A stretch of 64,000 nt of DNA from Kudoa neothunni (Eukaryota > Animalia > Cnidaria). Positions 41,718-57,110 of this stretch are shown one piece after another. A program made the position numbers and the translations under genes. The stretch lies in NCBI GenBank assembly GCA_964304625.1, contig OZ199840.1:5011200-5075199 (forward strand), read 5' to 3'. Numbering within the stretch: position 1 is the first letter of the stretch; each line of letters starts with the position of its first letter. Under the pieces are notes generated by a model. The model saw only the letters and a list, made by a program, of their open reading frames with translations, did no database searches and was not told the origin of the DNA.

Positions 41718-43369
41718 ATAATCAATTTCATTAATTGGTTTGAATTTCGTGGTGATCATAAATATTGCTGCCTTATTATTATTATTAACCAATTCTTTAA
41801 TCCTCCATTGAGAAGATAAAATTTAAAATTTTTGATAAATAATTAATTTAAAGAACAAATATTGTATTCATTTATCACATTATTATTACAAAGATAAGTA
41901 AACATTTTCATACGACCATATTAGATTAGATACATATACATTTTAAAAACTTACTAATATTATAATAGAAAATAGAAATACAGTCGATTGTGTTTATTGC
42001 GCAGTCTTTGTAATAACTATGGTTTCAGAAGTATAATCGGAGGAGGTTTCTTTGTGCGTTTTAAATAATGTATGATAAACAAATTTAAATAAAAGATGAT
42101 CAAATTATTTATATAATTTAATAGGAATAATATTTATTTAATATTTATTTCGAACCAATAAATGTGAAAGTTAACAGATATTGCACATCCACATGAACTT
42201 TGATTTTTATAATATAACTTTTAAAGGCACTGTATGCATTTAAATACTTATGGATATTTATCTTAATAAAAATCTTAACTTAATCAGAATTGTTAGTTAT
42301 ATTGATTAATTAAAATTTTATTGACGTTTATTGAAAACTTGCGAAAAAACAACTCTAAATACTAATCATTTTGTTAGTAAAAAAAACTTGAACTGTATAA
42401 TACGTATAATCAATAAAACAAATGAATAAAACAAGAAACTCGAGTGTGATTGATGGGTCTGAGATTTTGTATTAAGAAGATAGGCGGCTCGTGTAGGAGA
42501 ACTATGAAAATGACATATCACTGGTCACCTAGGTATACTTACGATGCCTTTTAATATTTGTTTATCTAAAAACTCAAATATGTAAACAATTTGTTCTTTA
42601 TTGATTGAATTTATTGAAATAACTTTTAAATATTCTAATAAAAAATATAATTTTGTTCAATTCGAAATATAAAACAACTTTTTGTTATCTACTATAGTAA
42701 GATTTTTAGGATTATGATAGTTGACTCTTAATAATAGTAGAGAAAATAAATTTTCTCTCCACATTAATCCTTGAATTATTACAAGTCTAATCTCGTAGGA
42801 TTCATGATAGTAAAGAATTATACCCATGTTCTAGATTCTAGAAAGTGGAAGACAATTATTTATATACTTCTAAATAATATTTTCTATCCTAATAGCCACG
42901 CTTATAAAAATTTTTATACTTTATGTTAAAGGAAAAATTAATAAACTTTTAATAAATTATGTATATGCTTTGATTTGATTTAATTTAATTAGTATATGCA
43001 TCTCTTCTTTTATAGCACAGAGGAGATTAATTCTGTGTTATTTGAGTATATTTCATATTAAAAAGAATGTTAATAATTTACAAAGCATCATTGAACTAAG
43101 CTGGGCCTTTATTGCTATTGCGTTGACACAATAAAATGTAAGGAGTATTTTCCAACTGAATTATTTCTGTAAGTTTTTATAGGGTTCCTCATTTAGACTA
43201 TTAAATCTCAGCACTTTTGCATTTAATCTTGGCATGTTGCTATATAAATTTGGCGTATTCGTGTTTAGATAATAAAAATTAAGTTAGTGTGTAGAAATCA
43301 TAAACTCGAGAAATAAAACAAAAATATATTAAATTTAATCGACTAAATTTAATGAAATTATTATTCTAG

Positions 43370-44100
43370 ATTAACTTCACCTCTAAAAGAGCTGGTGATA
43401 TAACCCAACACTTTCCAATAGAAACCATCACAGTTTTGGAATGTGATTTATTGAAACCACTCTATCGTTTTACTCTATATGATACCTTTTTTGTTGATTG
43501 CAGCCACAACAGATGTTTCTGCTTCTTGTTACAGAAACAAAACAGTTTTTTGGAATTCCTCTCATAGATCAACCTCTTTTAGGTCTTGTGACTACTGAAA
43601 AACCGATTTCCTCAGAAAATTCAGTACATTCATGTGGCACATTCGTTTCGAATTCTCAGAACATCTCAGAATATTCAGTCCTCTTTTGAATCGTGGTCTG
43701 ACAATTTCTTCTCTCAGGACTTTCCCAACAGATTTTATAATATTGCGAAACTTTTCGCTAATTCTATCAACAGTACTAGAGGACACGGTTGTTCCAAACT
43801 CATCGCTAAATTTTTTCTTGAGTTCTTTCAATGTAATTTGAGAGTCATCGTCCATCCACCTAGTAATTTTTTCTACTAATCAGGAGAGACGAATGAGGTC
43901 TTTTCCGCCTCAAGATTTTACATTTAATGTTGCTGTTTTGCGATACTCGGAAAATATGGACCAAACGGTAGATCTTGGTAAATGTATTTTAGAAGAAATG
44001 TAAGTTTCAATTCTTCCACTTAAAAAGAAATTATATATTTGTTCCCTGAAAAAGAAAGAGATTGTTTTCGCAGCTTTATTTTTCCTTATTGTGTTGATAT
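43370..44100 (-). mobile_element. Tc1/IS630-like transposase relic (HTH region, catalytic core largely missing)
   Basis: LPRSTVWSIFSEYRKT...GG.R and DSQITLKELKKKFSDEFGTTVSSSTVDRI; C-terminal CDGFYWKVLGYI; stops and frameshifts. Confidence 0.7.
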
Positions 44101-44470
44101 ATTAGAAATTTCTCTATTATCAGCTACGAAGCTCTCAGGTTCAACGATATGATCTCTTTTATTAGGGTACATCTATTAAGTTCAATCTCTTAATAGTATA
44201 AAAATATTGAAACAGAGAAAAATTATTTGTAGCTAACGCGAGATATGAAAGAAGTATGAATACTATTGTTGAAGTGCCGAGATAAATTGAAAATCCCAAT
44301 AAAGCGATTTGGAGAAAATATTCGAAATGGAGCGCCTGGAGGTTCGATTTTATCTCTAGTTCATTTAAAAGAGCATTACACGCGAAACAGTTAATATAAA
44401 AATTTATAAAAATCAAATTTACTTTTTTTATAATAAAAATGAGTCTTCACTTCAAAAAGGTAATATTTAA

Positions 44471-45456
44471 CCCTCTAATATATTAAAAATCGGCAATGAT
44501 AATTTTTGATTATAGCTTAATGTTTGAGTAGATTTCATATTTATATCGTGTAATAAATATTTTAATTATTATTTGCGCTACAAAATAGAATGTTTAATGA
44601 GAATAGAATAAGATTCGCAACCACTCAGAATGAATTTTGCGAACGTTTCGTACATCTGAAACAAGCAATAACGAGTTTCTTATCAATTTTCCGTAAAAAC
44701 ATTCAAACCTTGAAAATATTATTCATTTATTTGATGTTCTGAGTTATAGAAGAATAGATACTGTCGAACTCTTATGATTTTGGGATTCAAGGATGTTTTT
44801 TCCATTAATGGAAGGATACAGGAACTTTTCCATATTTAAAAAAACTTTCTCATAACAATATAATCTCATAAGTTTTTTTTTGTAAATGGAACACGCATTT
44901 AAAAATAATAAATCCATTAAATGGATAAACACCACCATAGGCCGTCATTACTGTTTATGGATTGACCCGAATTCTCAAAATTTTCAATCTCGTCAGATTC
45001 TTACGACAAATCAATTTTAAAGTATTCATAATCACTCTAAAAGAATTTTATTCATCATTATAATTATAATCGGTGAAATCCAAATCAAATATCGCAATGT
45101 TAAAAACAACGAAGGAAGTCACGTGACAACTAGCATAAGTAATAATCATATAACTTCAAATTTAGCCGTCAGATAAACCTAAAAGTTGAATTTTGCAATA
45201 ATTATTATTTTATCTATCAAGTGGTGTAAAAAAATCTGGGGTAATGTATTACCCCAAAAATTCATTGGAGTGTAAACTTGTTATAATTTTTCTGATTTTA
45301 TATTTTTAGTCATAATATTTCAAAATCATGTATTACTAATTATTTTAGATTATTAAAAAATACTCGTATCTTTTGGAATGAAAGCAAATCACGTATACAA
45401 CCACTAACTTCTCGTTGTGATAAAAATTAACCCCAAATTCATCAGACATCAGAGGG
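44471..45456. mobile_element. Non-autonomous piggyBac (MITE)
   Basis: TTAA|CCCTCTAAT ... ATCAGAGGG|TTAA; subterminal GGGGTAA..TTACCCC motifs. Confidence 0.75.
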
Positions 45457-47453
45457 TTAAAAGAACTCTCAAAATATTTGAAAAAATGCCTTATGTATAA
45501 CCAATGAAAAAATACAATATAAAAATATGTTGTATCAAACTGAAATTATTTTATATTTACGTTTAATGAAGATTCTTCCAATTTTGATTTTTACAGCGAT
45601 CCTTTTCTATTTAATACGAAGGTAGTTTATTATAACATTTTCATTGTTAGAATAATAACATACAGTAGGTTATCGAATTTCTATAATCTCTTTTAGATAA
45701 GAGAAAAGTTATTGGAAATGCATTACTTACCGATTTATGTAAATTTATCAATGCGATCGTAAAGCGTTAAAAATTAGTTGTATTGAAGTAGTTTTATATT
45801 AAGGTTCACGATTATATATTAATTATATATAAGGAGGTTTTTATATTTCTTTGATTAAAGTTTTTAATAATAATATTTATCATTTTTTTAGTTTTAACAC
45901 AATCTTTTTGACTCTATATTACTCATAAATGTTTTGAATAAGTAAGAAATTTAACTATCCTAAAAAATTCTTTTTAGAATTCTGGTTTTTTCATTCCTAT
46001 TTTAAAACGTTCCAATACTTATTTAATATCGATCAGAAGATGGAGATTATAACAATCCTATGAAATAAATTCATTAGAATTTTTTATCATCTCTGTTAGG
46101 ATTGTTTGTGAACTTATTATTTCTAGCGTTAATGATAAATGCCATATTTATACATCTGATCAATGAAAACTAACTTTTCCAAAGCAACTAATTAGCTTTT
46201 CTTTTGGTACATTCAACCATGATTTTTATATTGTTAGTATAGTTTGACTAAACTAATGATTATTAGTTTATTTCGTTATCAATTTCAATAATATGGCCTT
46301 TAACTAGAATGATTTGTAGCTAAACTCCAATAAATAAATTATCGGTTGATAAAGAAGTTTACTTACTTTTTATATAATTTAATGATGATTTAAGATTAAA
46401 TTTAGTGATTGTAAACTATATTATTATCGAGGAAAAATATATTTATTGGAAATTTTATTAATATTTTTTTAAGTATTTGGCATATTTTAAGTCTTCCATT
46501 TATCACACCTGGTTTGTGATATTCCTAAAGTTGAAATGGCAAATTTTATTTATTTTTATAACACTATTAATTGTTTTGATAACTTATCAAAGAGCAATCT
46601 AGTCACCTCAAGAGTGACATACGCAATAGGCCCATAATTCCTCATAGGACCCTATCTCGATGCGGAACAATATTAACAATGAAATAAATTAACTTGTTTT
46701 GTTGATTGAATAATATAGTTTCATATTAATTATAATAGATAATAATATAAGGTCTTGTAACGATATTATAAATGTTCGATTGACATTTCTGGCAACAGTT
46801 GAGAATGCATTAAATGATCCTCAATAAATGTTGAAAATTCCTTAAGAAATGAAATTTACTTGAAAAACATATTATGGTCTTAAGTGATTTCATGGTTACA
46901 AGTTGCACATTATCTTATTTTTCAAACATATTGAATCGTCTATAATAAATCAGTTTGCTCAACCCTTAATGCCTTTAGTGAATCATAAACCATTGCATCA
47001 AAATTATTATTTTATCACCCTTATAGATTTTTTTGCTATTTATTGAGACCGTACTTGCATTCAATGAGGATATTAGTGAGTTCATTTTTCTTCTGTTGAA
47101 AAAGCAGAAATAGATACGAGATTAAGTCATGAAACAAAAAAAATTTTAACAGCTGTCATCAACAAACAATTGAGTAATCGAAATAACAAACTATTCTTTA
47201 TTTTCATATAATTTATTAATTCTATTATGGACGAAAGTATTTAAAATCAATCTTTTAAAAAATAAGGTTATATCGGAAAGTTACGAAAACTCAATATTCG
47301 CTATTTACATAAAAACAATTTTACTTATACTAAATTGGGTCTTGGAATTTTTTAAATTAAATTTAATAAAATAAACATCATAATTATAGAATTGGTTTGG
47401 CTCCAGAAATTATGCATATGATGAAAAAAATATAACTAATGAAAATCAATATC

Positions 47454-48298
47454 CTATTGTAGATAGGAAAAAAAATTATATAGAGATAAAATTATGTTTG
47501 CTTTATTTGGTCTAGCTGGAACTTGTGTATCCTCACACATACTCACATATAAACACTGATTCTCAGCTTGGCCTTAAACATCCATTAGCTTCCTAAATAA
47601 AATGGCATATATGTGTTTTGAAAAGTATTTGTTTTATATAATTTTCATAATTATATACGAAATTTTATGTATATTAACAACTTTATTAGGTATCAAAAAT
47701 ACTTGTTCTTCATGATCCATACAATTGCAAGTAAAAGGACAATCTATAACAATTAAAAATAGTTAATGAGACAACTATTATTTCACCATGCAAGGGACAC
47801 AGGATTCTTTGTTGTAAAAAATTATTCAACTAAAAGATTTATTCAGTTGATATATCGATAAAGCATATTTAAAGAAATATATTTATGAGGTTATGAGTAC
47901 TTTCACCATTAACGCAATGTGCATATTGTACGCAAAGTATATCGACGATGGGATACTTATTGATGAAAATATTCATATTTTTCCAAGCTTGAAATGTAAT
48001 ACGTTTCTAGGGGGAATCAATGATGTAGATAATTGTCATGTTACTTGTCGACTTCTTTAAAACTTTTCAAAGCTGCAATATCTATTAATGAAAGTGCTAT
48101 GAAAGCTTGGCTGTAATACACAACTCTACCTAAATCTTTTATTATAGAAATTATATCAACTGAAAACTTGTAATGAATTCTTAATATATAGAAATGAAAT
48201 CAAAATGACAACTAAACATTCGAATTAGTCTCAAACTAAGTTAAGTATTAAACAAGATTATTACGAATTCTCTTTGATGTATGTTGGGGAAACAACAT
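47454..48298 (-). pseudogene. Secreted Cys-rich family, copy C (frameshifted)
   Basis: Same exon set (QAWKNMNIFINKYPIVDILCVQYAHC, KESCVPCM, CMDHEEQ, QAENQCLYVSMC) but several exons are out of phase. Confidence 0.7.
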
Positions 48299-51200
48299 TA
48301 TTTAAAGTAATATTTAATATTTTGAATAGACCCGAATTCAATAATATCGTGAATATTACGATCAATTCCTTAAAATATTAATCTATAAATGTGATTATTT
48401 GAATTATTTATTATATTATTTGAAAATTCTAATCTATTATCTATCATATCTGTTATATTCAGTCATTTTATGATTGTAGGTATTTATTTATGCGTCAAAA
48501 TAAAATTTGACTATATAAATGCACACTAAATATATATTATTTTATATTTTAATGAAAAATTTAGATCTAATAAATACACTAGGATTAGAGAGTTAAAGAA
48601 ATATTAATATTGAGACGACTAAGATTTACAGTCTTTATTTATTACAATTATGGATAAAAAAGATTAATTACGTTAAAAGATAAAAATAAAACCTAAGTTA
48701 TTGAACATCTACCACGCTCGAACATCCAATGTTTTTTCGTGATGAGTATCTTTGAAAAATTATCTTAAAATTAATGTATAACAAGTAAACAAATATTATC
48801 GTTGGAATATTGATATAAACATTAATTTTTAATAAATAATCCGTTAAAAATCTATTTCGGTTGGTTTCGTTAAACTACGCTAAAAATTAAGTACAATAAG
48901 TCATCGATTTTACATACTTTTATTTTTCTTCTCTTATATATAATCATCAGAGTTAAAATTATTTATGTAAATTTTGAAAGTTATTATTATGCAATTAAAA
49001 TTAAAAGTAAATTTTAAGAATAAATAATTTATAAAGATGTTTTTTATTAAAATAGGGATTATCGATTATACGTAACTTTTCGACTCCAGCCAAAATTTTC
49101 AAAATCCTTTGTTTTATTAATCACATCCATGATAACATTGTAAATAATTTAGACACAAAGAAAGATTAATTATTTTCTCATTTGTACAAAATTTGCAAAT
49201 AAAAACCGGTAAATCTTTTACATTCTTGGTCGATTTCGATCTCGTATCTATTTCTACTTTGAAAACTACTGAAACAATAATGATGAATTGATTTCCTCGT
49301 GTAAAATAAGCTTAGATTATTTCAATAGGAACGTTCTGGACAAGGAATTAAATAATAGTTTTTAACCTATAGTTTATAATTGGTTAATGGCACTAGAGTC
49401 AAGACAACCGATTTATTACAGATGATTAAATATGTAAAAAAATTATTACTTATAGAAGATTTTATAGTCATAGGTCGCGCCCTAATTTAAAGATGGTTTA
49501 TTTTCTTGGATGGCCATTTATGTACTCAATACAGTTACCATAAATCAGTTTTCCTATAGGGGTGCGAATAGCCATCATTGGTGATGCGGGGGCCAATCTA
49601 GAATAAATTTAAAAATTAAGCTTAATTTATTCACTTCGTCATTTTTATTAGTTCCCATTTAAATCATGTAAGGACGTAGTGCGTTTAATAATATTTCTGT
49701 TGTTTGATATCATTTAGTTTCTATTAAAAAAATAGGATATGCCAATTTATTTTATTCGATTCTACGAAATAGCGCATTAAAGTAACAGTTTATATTAAGG
49801 CTGTTCAACTTAAAAAATCTAACTATCGTTATTTTCATATATAATTGTAACTTTGTTATCTTTCAAAATAACATATTTATATGATTAAGTTGTAATTAGG
49901 TTGTCAGCATTTTTATCTACTTAGAAAGGTAATTATGGATCGTGTGGCTCCCTTATCTTTAGCGTTTTTTACTAATTTTTTCGTCGGAAGCGGTTCAAAT
50001 TTTTTTCAAAAATTTTAAAAATAAAGTTTTCTAATCGCATATATGACAGAGTAGTCAACATTATAATTCTAATGCTAAACAGTTTTCTGTATTTCACAAC
50101 AATGGAATATGAATGTGAATACGAATCATGCATTGCATTATTTTTTTGTTTTTGCGTGATATTATAAAAAAATAATAAGTAAGTTATAACCAATGTGGTG
50201 CAGAAATATAGAATATTAAAAATTCTCTATATTTATAACACGTTTTCATCTAAAATTTTGCTTAATTTAAGCTAGATAAATATTATTAATTTATCCATTC
50301 GAAACGCTCTATTTATTAAGTCAAATATCGAGTATTATTTGATAAATCGTCTCCTAAGCTTGACTCTAAGAGTAATTATTAACTGGAAAATGTATAAAAA
50401 CTAATTTAATAGTTTTTAAGAATGCTTTAAAATTTTAACAATCTTCAGAAATGAATTTTCGGTGATGGATAATAATTCATGAATAATAAACATAATTACA
50501 CGATATGTTTGTATAATTTTTTTTATTGTTTGATCAGTTGTTAACATCGAATTATTTTTCATTATCTAAATATAGTATATTTCAATTTAGATTAATATTT
50601 TATTTACATATCATCTTATAATTAGTATTTTTTAGAATTAAATTTCATATTATGACTATTAAAATATAATAATTAAAGATAGGCTCTGTTTCTTGATATT
50701 TATTATTCGGATCAAAACTTTTTAATAGTTAAAACTGAAAAATAATTTTGATTACTTCTAAAAAGTTTATCATGAATAATCATAGGAATGTAATATTCAT
50801 CTTCTCCTAGAATTGTCGTTTTCATTATTACAACTGCAAATGCACACGATATACTTATCAGATGATAGTTTTTGTGTCAGCTATAAAAAAGCAGTTGGTT
50901 TCCTTTTTGTAGGAAATGTTTTCACTGTCCCGATAGTTGACTAACCGCAACGCACGGACGGACGGACTTATACCCTCAAGAATGGTTATGAATAAATTCA
51001 CAATTATCAATAGTTCAATATAAATATAGCGCCAAATATGATTTATCATTTTAAAGTATTATTTTTAAAACGATATCAACATTCATATAATTCAATGAAA
51101 TTATATAAAACAAATATTAAACAAAAAAATTATAAAATTTGTATTTATGGTATAACTCAACTTCCAAAGATCATTTGTTATAAAACATCCCGATTCCTTG

Positions 51201-53732
51201 TTTTCTATCACTTTCTCAATATAAATTGTTAAATAAAAATAAATTTCTGCCATTGCATCACCTCAAATAAAGAGGAGTGAAATCACCAATATACCTTGGG
51301 GAAAATTAATATAACTTTGTATTGATATATAAAATATATTGATTTCTATTTTAAGAATAATTTTAACATTTGATTTTTTAAAAAACCCTCAAATAAAAAC
51401 AAATTAAGAGGATTTAGTATGAGTTTTGTTAGTTACAAAAAAGTATTAATATTCGACATCATTAGAATATAATAATTAAATTAATATTATATTCAACAGA
51501 ATATTTGACTAATATATAAAAAAATAATATATGTATTTAATTTAAAAGATGAACAAAGATTTGAGTCAGAGCAACTTGAGAATATTATTAGAGGTTTTAG
51601 TTAATTTAATTAAATCTTTAAATCAATATTTATCTTTCTTTATTCCATTAAAAATCGAGAATATAAAGAAACAAGAAATTTAATAAAAATTATATATATT
51701 ACATTTAACAATGAAAAAATAAATCGATGTTGAAAATTGATCCAACAACAAAAATTTGTATTAATTTATTTAAATAACATTATGTATTTTACTTTAATAA
51801 TCGTCCGTCTAAATAAAATTTACTTCTAGAGATTTTTCTCAATTAATAATTTGTATGGGTATTATTATTTAAGGTATGTGCAGATTTTTCAATTAATAAT
51901 TACACATTAAGTACAATTTACGAGACAATGAATCAAATAACGTCCAATAATTGTCTCATAATAATGGAGCGTTTCGACTGAAAAAATTCAAATTGCTAGA
52001 TGTAATTATACTGCTTTAATTAAGATAAAATGTACACGCAAAAATTCCATGAGTATGGAGAAAGTTCCAATATTCTACATGCCTGAACAAACAACGATAA
52101 AAACAATTTATAGTTAATTATTTTATGGTTGAATACAATATTTTAAATATAATAAACATTTAAATAAACCACGTATTGTATTCACATTTGTATTCCTTCA
52201 TAATAAAATGCAGAAACCAGTGTTTAACAAATGTATTATGTTGTATACGTTACTGCCATATCCATACATGCGATTAGAAGAAAAATTTTGAACATCTACG
52301 GACAACAAAAAGTCGTAAAAAAACCGGCAAAAATGGGGGGTCACACGCTCCAAAAAACCCCTTGAAATAATCTATATCAATAAAAATAAAACCACGATGT
52401 AATTTTAACTTTGTTCTCTGTCTAAATTTGAAATCCATCATTTAATTTTATAGTTTTTATTATGTTACGTTTCTTGTTTTATTTTCCAATTTGTACTTTT
52501 TCTTTGATATAAATCTATGTTAAATTGTTCTATAAAGTATAGGTAAAACCTGGATCAAAGAATTCACTTATACACATAAATAAATGAACGCTGATTTTAA
52601 TAATATATATTAGTTATTTTTATTCAAGTATACTTATAACGCATATTTTTTGAATCTATTCAATTTTTATTAACCTACTGCCTCAAAATTTAAGTTATGA
52701 CTCAATATAGAATAAGGAAGTCACTGGATATATTCAATACAAGGTAGCATATGAAACAAGCTTATCGATGTCATTATATACAAATAATAAGTAATGGAAT
52801 TCATTAGACCCCGAAAACGATTTTATGTTTCATAGTCCTTCAAAATGTCCTGCTTTGAATTAATTATGAAAACCCAGGTAGAGCAAGAGAATCGCCAGAT
52901 CAATTAAATACCAAATAACAATTGATATTGAAATGTTTCTTGTGAACTATACGAATTGGTTACTTTATTTGGCTTATTTAATTTTCACCGTAAAGTACAG
53001 AGCTTATTAAGGCGACCATACTTTTTATAGTTTAGTATTACTTTTATATTTATTTTTTGCGTCCAATACTTTGGAATAATTATAATATAGTTTATTATAA
53101 TTATTTATTACTTTACATGAAAATGGTATAAATAAGCAGGAATTGATAATAGCTCCAATTATTGAATATTAAGTCATGGGGAGTGAAAAGATAATGTTCA
53201 TCCTTATTCAATTACGCATAGTAAATTGGGTTAATTAAAACATGTTGGGTTTAATTTATTTTAAAAGTAATTAGGAAAATATGAAGTTAAAACATAAAAA
53301 AAAATAATAAAGATTATAATTTCAAGACATTTTTCATTAGTATTATTATTTTCGCATCTAAAACAAAGTATTATCGAGTCTTGACATTCACAGGGAGGGG
53401 GAGCGTGACGTGAACAAAGAAAATAGGATGGAGTTATGAGTGTAAAATTTGTAGGGAAACATTGATCTAATTTATATTTTAAGTATTATTTGATTGGAGT
53501 TATACAAAGTTATTACACGCAATGATAAACACCACCTTTAAAGGTTATGGAAAAAATTAGTTTATCGTGTGATACCTGATTTTGCATGTGAATTTTTATG
53601 TGGTCATGTAGCAATCAATAAGAGTCATAAGAATGAATAACCTACATAATATGTAAAAATAACATTAATTTATAGAGTCAAAAATTCTGTGACACGTTTA
53701 ATATTAATTGATTGGATTGTCATTTACGCTCG

Positions 53733-55296
53733 TTATTTATCAGCGTCTTCGCTTCTTTCACCTCCTTCACCTTGAATAATTGGACTATCACTATTGTGTT
53801 CTACATTTTCGAGGCCAGCATCATGGTCATCATCATCATGGTCATCATCACCAGCAGGGATATCAGCAGCAGCGACATCAGCATCATCAGCTTGTGAGGC
53901 AGGTGAAGTGGTGGAAGCGGTTGATGTAGTTTCTGAGCTACTTGTAGTGGTTGTAGTAGTTGCTGGGGTAGTTGTTGGTTCGGGTAATGTAGCCTCATTC
54001 ACTCCTTCAATGCAAATGTAACTACAGAGAGCTTCACTTTCAAAGTTGTTCGCGTTTCCGCCAATTCCAGTATATGCGAATCTTTTACACGCTTTTTCGG
54101 TATTATCATAATACCATCTTGGCAATGTGCTTGCTTCATTTCCATTACCAGGTTTTTTTGGTTCGTTGCATACATTGGGGATATCGGGCAAATTGGCTTC
54201 TGTTGAATCTTCGTTAACTGAAAACGATAACTTATAATTCTAATTAAATTAATGAGCCTACTTGCAGGACAAGCACTAATGCATTCTCCAGCTGTATCAA
54301 AGTAATTTTTGGTTGAGTCTACTTCAACGTCTACAGCCAACATTTGTATACAGAGTTTGTTTGTGGAATTGAAGTAATATTTGACTGTTATATGCCCTTC
54401 GGTTGTTGGTTGGTATGGGTCAGATTTGCATCTTATAGCTGCTGCGTCATCAGCTAAATTTACGTATAGATCTTGTTTCATTGATTCATTTAAATTACCG
54501 TGACATTTCTGTTGACATTGAGTAAATGACTCAAAGACACCTCTTAAGTTTGGTTTATTATCAACGATCGCATGGACACAAGTAGATTTTTCCTTGTCAC
54601 GTACGATCTTGATTTGTATTCCAGTAGCCGTATTTGTGGTTAAAATAGCTCCCACTTCACAATCAACTTTGTTGGGTTTTGTGTAAGCGTCAGTTGCTAA
54701 TTTAATTATTATATAGTACAAATAAAGAAGAATTTACTTAAGCACATTCCCTTGCATGCATCATCACTTGGGAACGAGTACTTTGGCTCATTACATCCTT
54801 TATAATTATATGCAAGACATGTTTCCTGTTTCACTACCAGTAGTTTTTTTGAAATAATATCTGGTTACTGGTGTTTTCCCACAAATGTTAATGTTGTCTC
54901 CATTGCTTTCAAGGTTAGCTGTAGAGGAACTATCATCTGTACAAGAATCAACTCGACTCACGTAGTCATATTCAACTAAATTATTTTAGAAACATTAAAT
55001 AAGTTGTAATTGTACATTCTTTTTGACATTCTGCCAGTGATACAAAATTATTGAAGTTTTCACCACCAGCTCCCTTGTATATAAAGCTTTTGCAAGTAGC
55101 TGTAGTTTTATCTACGTAATATCTTTTAGGATACGAATTTAACTGAATCCTATGATTTTTTGCAAGATTAAAAATCATATTTTGTATCCTCTAAAATGTA
55201 TTAAAGTAACGGGTTTTTATTTTAATTACGATTGAGATAAGAAAGTGGTATGTAAATTGTGAAAATGTAGATCAAGGTCTGTAAGTACATCTTCAT
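53733..55296 (-). CDS. Secreted multi-Kunitz (BPTI-like) protein, five domains plus Thr-rich and acidic tail; lesions in domains 1-2
   Basis: Signal exon MKMYLQTLIYIFTIYIPLSYLN; Kunitz motifs RYYVDKTTATCKSFIYKGAGGENFNNF and RWYYDNTEKACKRFAYTGIGGNANNFESEALCSYIC; frameshift at an A7 run (~54844-54850); in-frame stops near 55150-55170. Confidence 0.8.
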
Positions 55297-55725
55297 GTTA
55301 TTAGTAATCCTAAAATCAATATTTATAAGGAGGATTAAATCAAGTAATATTATTCGTGAATAAGTTTATTGAGTATTTTGACAATAGTCGGTGTGAATAT
55401 AATACTCACGAAGGATCCATTAAACCTACCGTTAGAATACATCAATAACAAAAGAGATTCGAGTTTGTCGTTAATCATTCACATGAAAACTAAGAAAAAT
55501 CTAAATTACCATATTTTGTGTTTATTTGTTTTATATTTTTATACTTAAATTGAAAAAAACAAGTTTAACTTTGCGATATATTACTTGATATATTAAACCT
55601 TTGTGGCAGTTTTGTATAATAACATAAGATAAAATAAATTATTTTGTCCAATTAATACTTTTAATTTATGAATTTCTTAATAAAAAGCATAACAAAAAGA
55701 ATTTATTTTAATATAATATAATTAA

Positions 55726-55790
55726 CCCTAGAGTGCCTGAGAAAAAAAGACGAATACCTTAACAGGACCACAATGGTCCTGTGCTATTTC
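55726..55790 (+). mobile_element. Orphan piggyBac-like terminus
   Basis: TTAA|CCCTAGAGTGCC followed by the hairpin ACAGGACCA-CAA-TGGTCCTGT; partner end not found. Confidence 0.35.
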
Positions 55791-56586
55791 CTTCCAATAT
55801 ATTTGGAATCATAGCACCTAATCCATAGATCTAAAGTCATCGATCTTTGTCTTTCTATTGTGAGGCAGTATAATTTTTATAAATTAAAAATATAAATTGA
55901 ATGATAATTAATCATTTTATTTTATAAAACTAAAATCTACTATATAAAGAAAACTGGAAATCCGTGGTTGTTCTTATTTTTCATTAATTATTGAGAGACT
56001 TATCGATCCATTTCAGCACACATATGAAAAGAGAAAATTTTATTTTAACGCAAAAAATACGTAAAAAAATATAAAAGATTTTAATTCAACAAAATAACTA
56101 AAAACATTTTCACGAGGGATGATTTGAGGATTTATGCAAACATAAACATCATTTCGTTAAAGTTATAAAAAGTTAATTTTATATGTATCATAGTGTTTAT
56201 TTTACTTTTAAATTATTGAATGTAATTTAATGATTGAATTAGTTCAAATAAGGAAGGTTATATTAGGTTATGTGGCGCAACTTTAATATGAATTACATTT
56301 TTTGATATTTAACAAGATTGGTCTTTTTTATATGGTATGATTTAGAGATTACTATGAACAACAAGGAGAAATCGATTTTTAACGACTCTAAATAGGAAAT
56401 TTTAAACGCTCAGTAGAGTTTATTCGTTTTTCAAAATATTAAATAAAGTTCATGCGTCCAATTAGTTAAATAAATCATCCTTTAATTGGGTAATCTTTTT
56501 ATTATTTATCTAAATACTCTTTATATACTTTGAACTTCAAATGACCTTGGCCTACCGAAGGCCTTAACCTACATGACCGGGTCAGG

Positions 56587-56617
56587 AAGCCCATGCGAAG
56601 GGGGGCTTTTGCACTAG
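56587..56617 (+). mobile_element. Helitron 3' terminus
   Basis: Hairpin AAGCCC...GGGCTT followed by GCACTAG|T. Confidence 0.55.
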
Positions 56618-57110
56618 TTTATTATATAACTCATATATTAATTTTTTAGATTCGAGAAATATTAAGAAAAGATCATTTAAAAATAACTCTTATCACTATA
56701 ATTGTAATTAATATATAAATTGGCTAAATAATTTAATAAAATGAATAATATTTATAATAACTCATACAATATTAGGATGTAATCTAATATAATAAATTTA
56801 ATACGTTGTAAGATTAAAATAATATAAATAATTTATGGATAAATTAACATAATTTTGTTATCTGATGGCGTCGTTCTTTAAATTTGATTTCTTTATTATT
56901 TATATGCAAAAGAATAAATTACACAAAATAAGGAGGTAAATTGTTAAAATAAATGTTTTCAAATAATAAAAACTACAAAGAGACAATGATCTCCAGAGTT
57001 TAATATATTTATCCGTAACTAATATTAATTAGTAGACATTCGAATGATTTAGCCTCTCATTTTTATCCTAACGATTATTGAATCTAGATTGGAAACTTAT
57101 ATGATTAGTA

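Noticed and set aside
41575-41720. Apparent inverted signal-peptide exon on the + strand (GVFIFKYVIILLYTSNAQ), suggesting an invertible switch in family copy B
   Set aside because: The minus strand holds proper homologous exons 1-2 (MNYYYLSIA / YFYFSIYFEATER) with GT-AG sites; the + strand reading is coincidental.
47500-47595. In-frame TGA codons suggesting TGA=Trp/Sec or an alternative genetic code
   Set aside because: Wrong frame: paralogues show the QAENQC frame, and PSMD4, PUF60 and PGM3 end at TGA normally.
50948-50970. CGGACGGACGGAC, resembling the DINE/Helentron microsatellite
   Set aside because: Too short and no termini were found.
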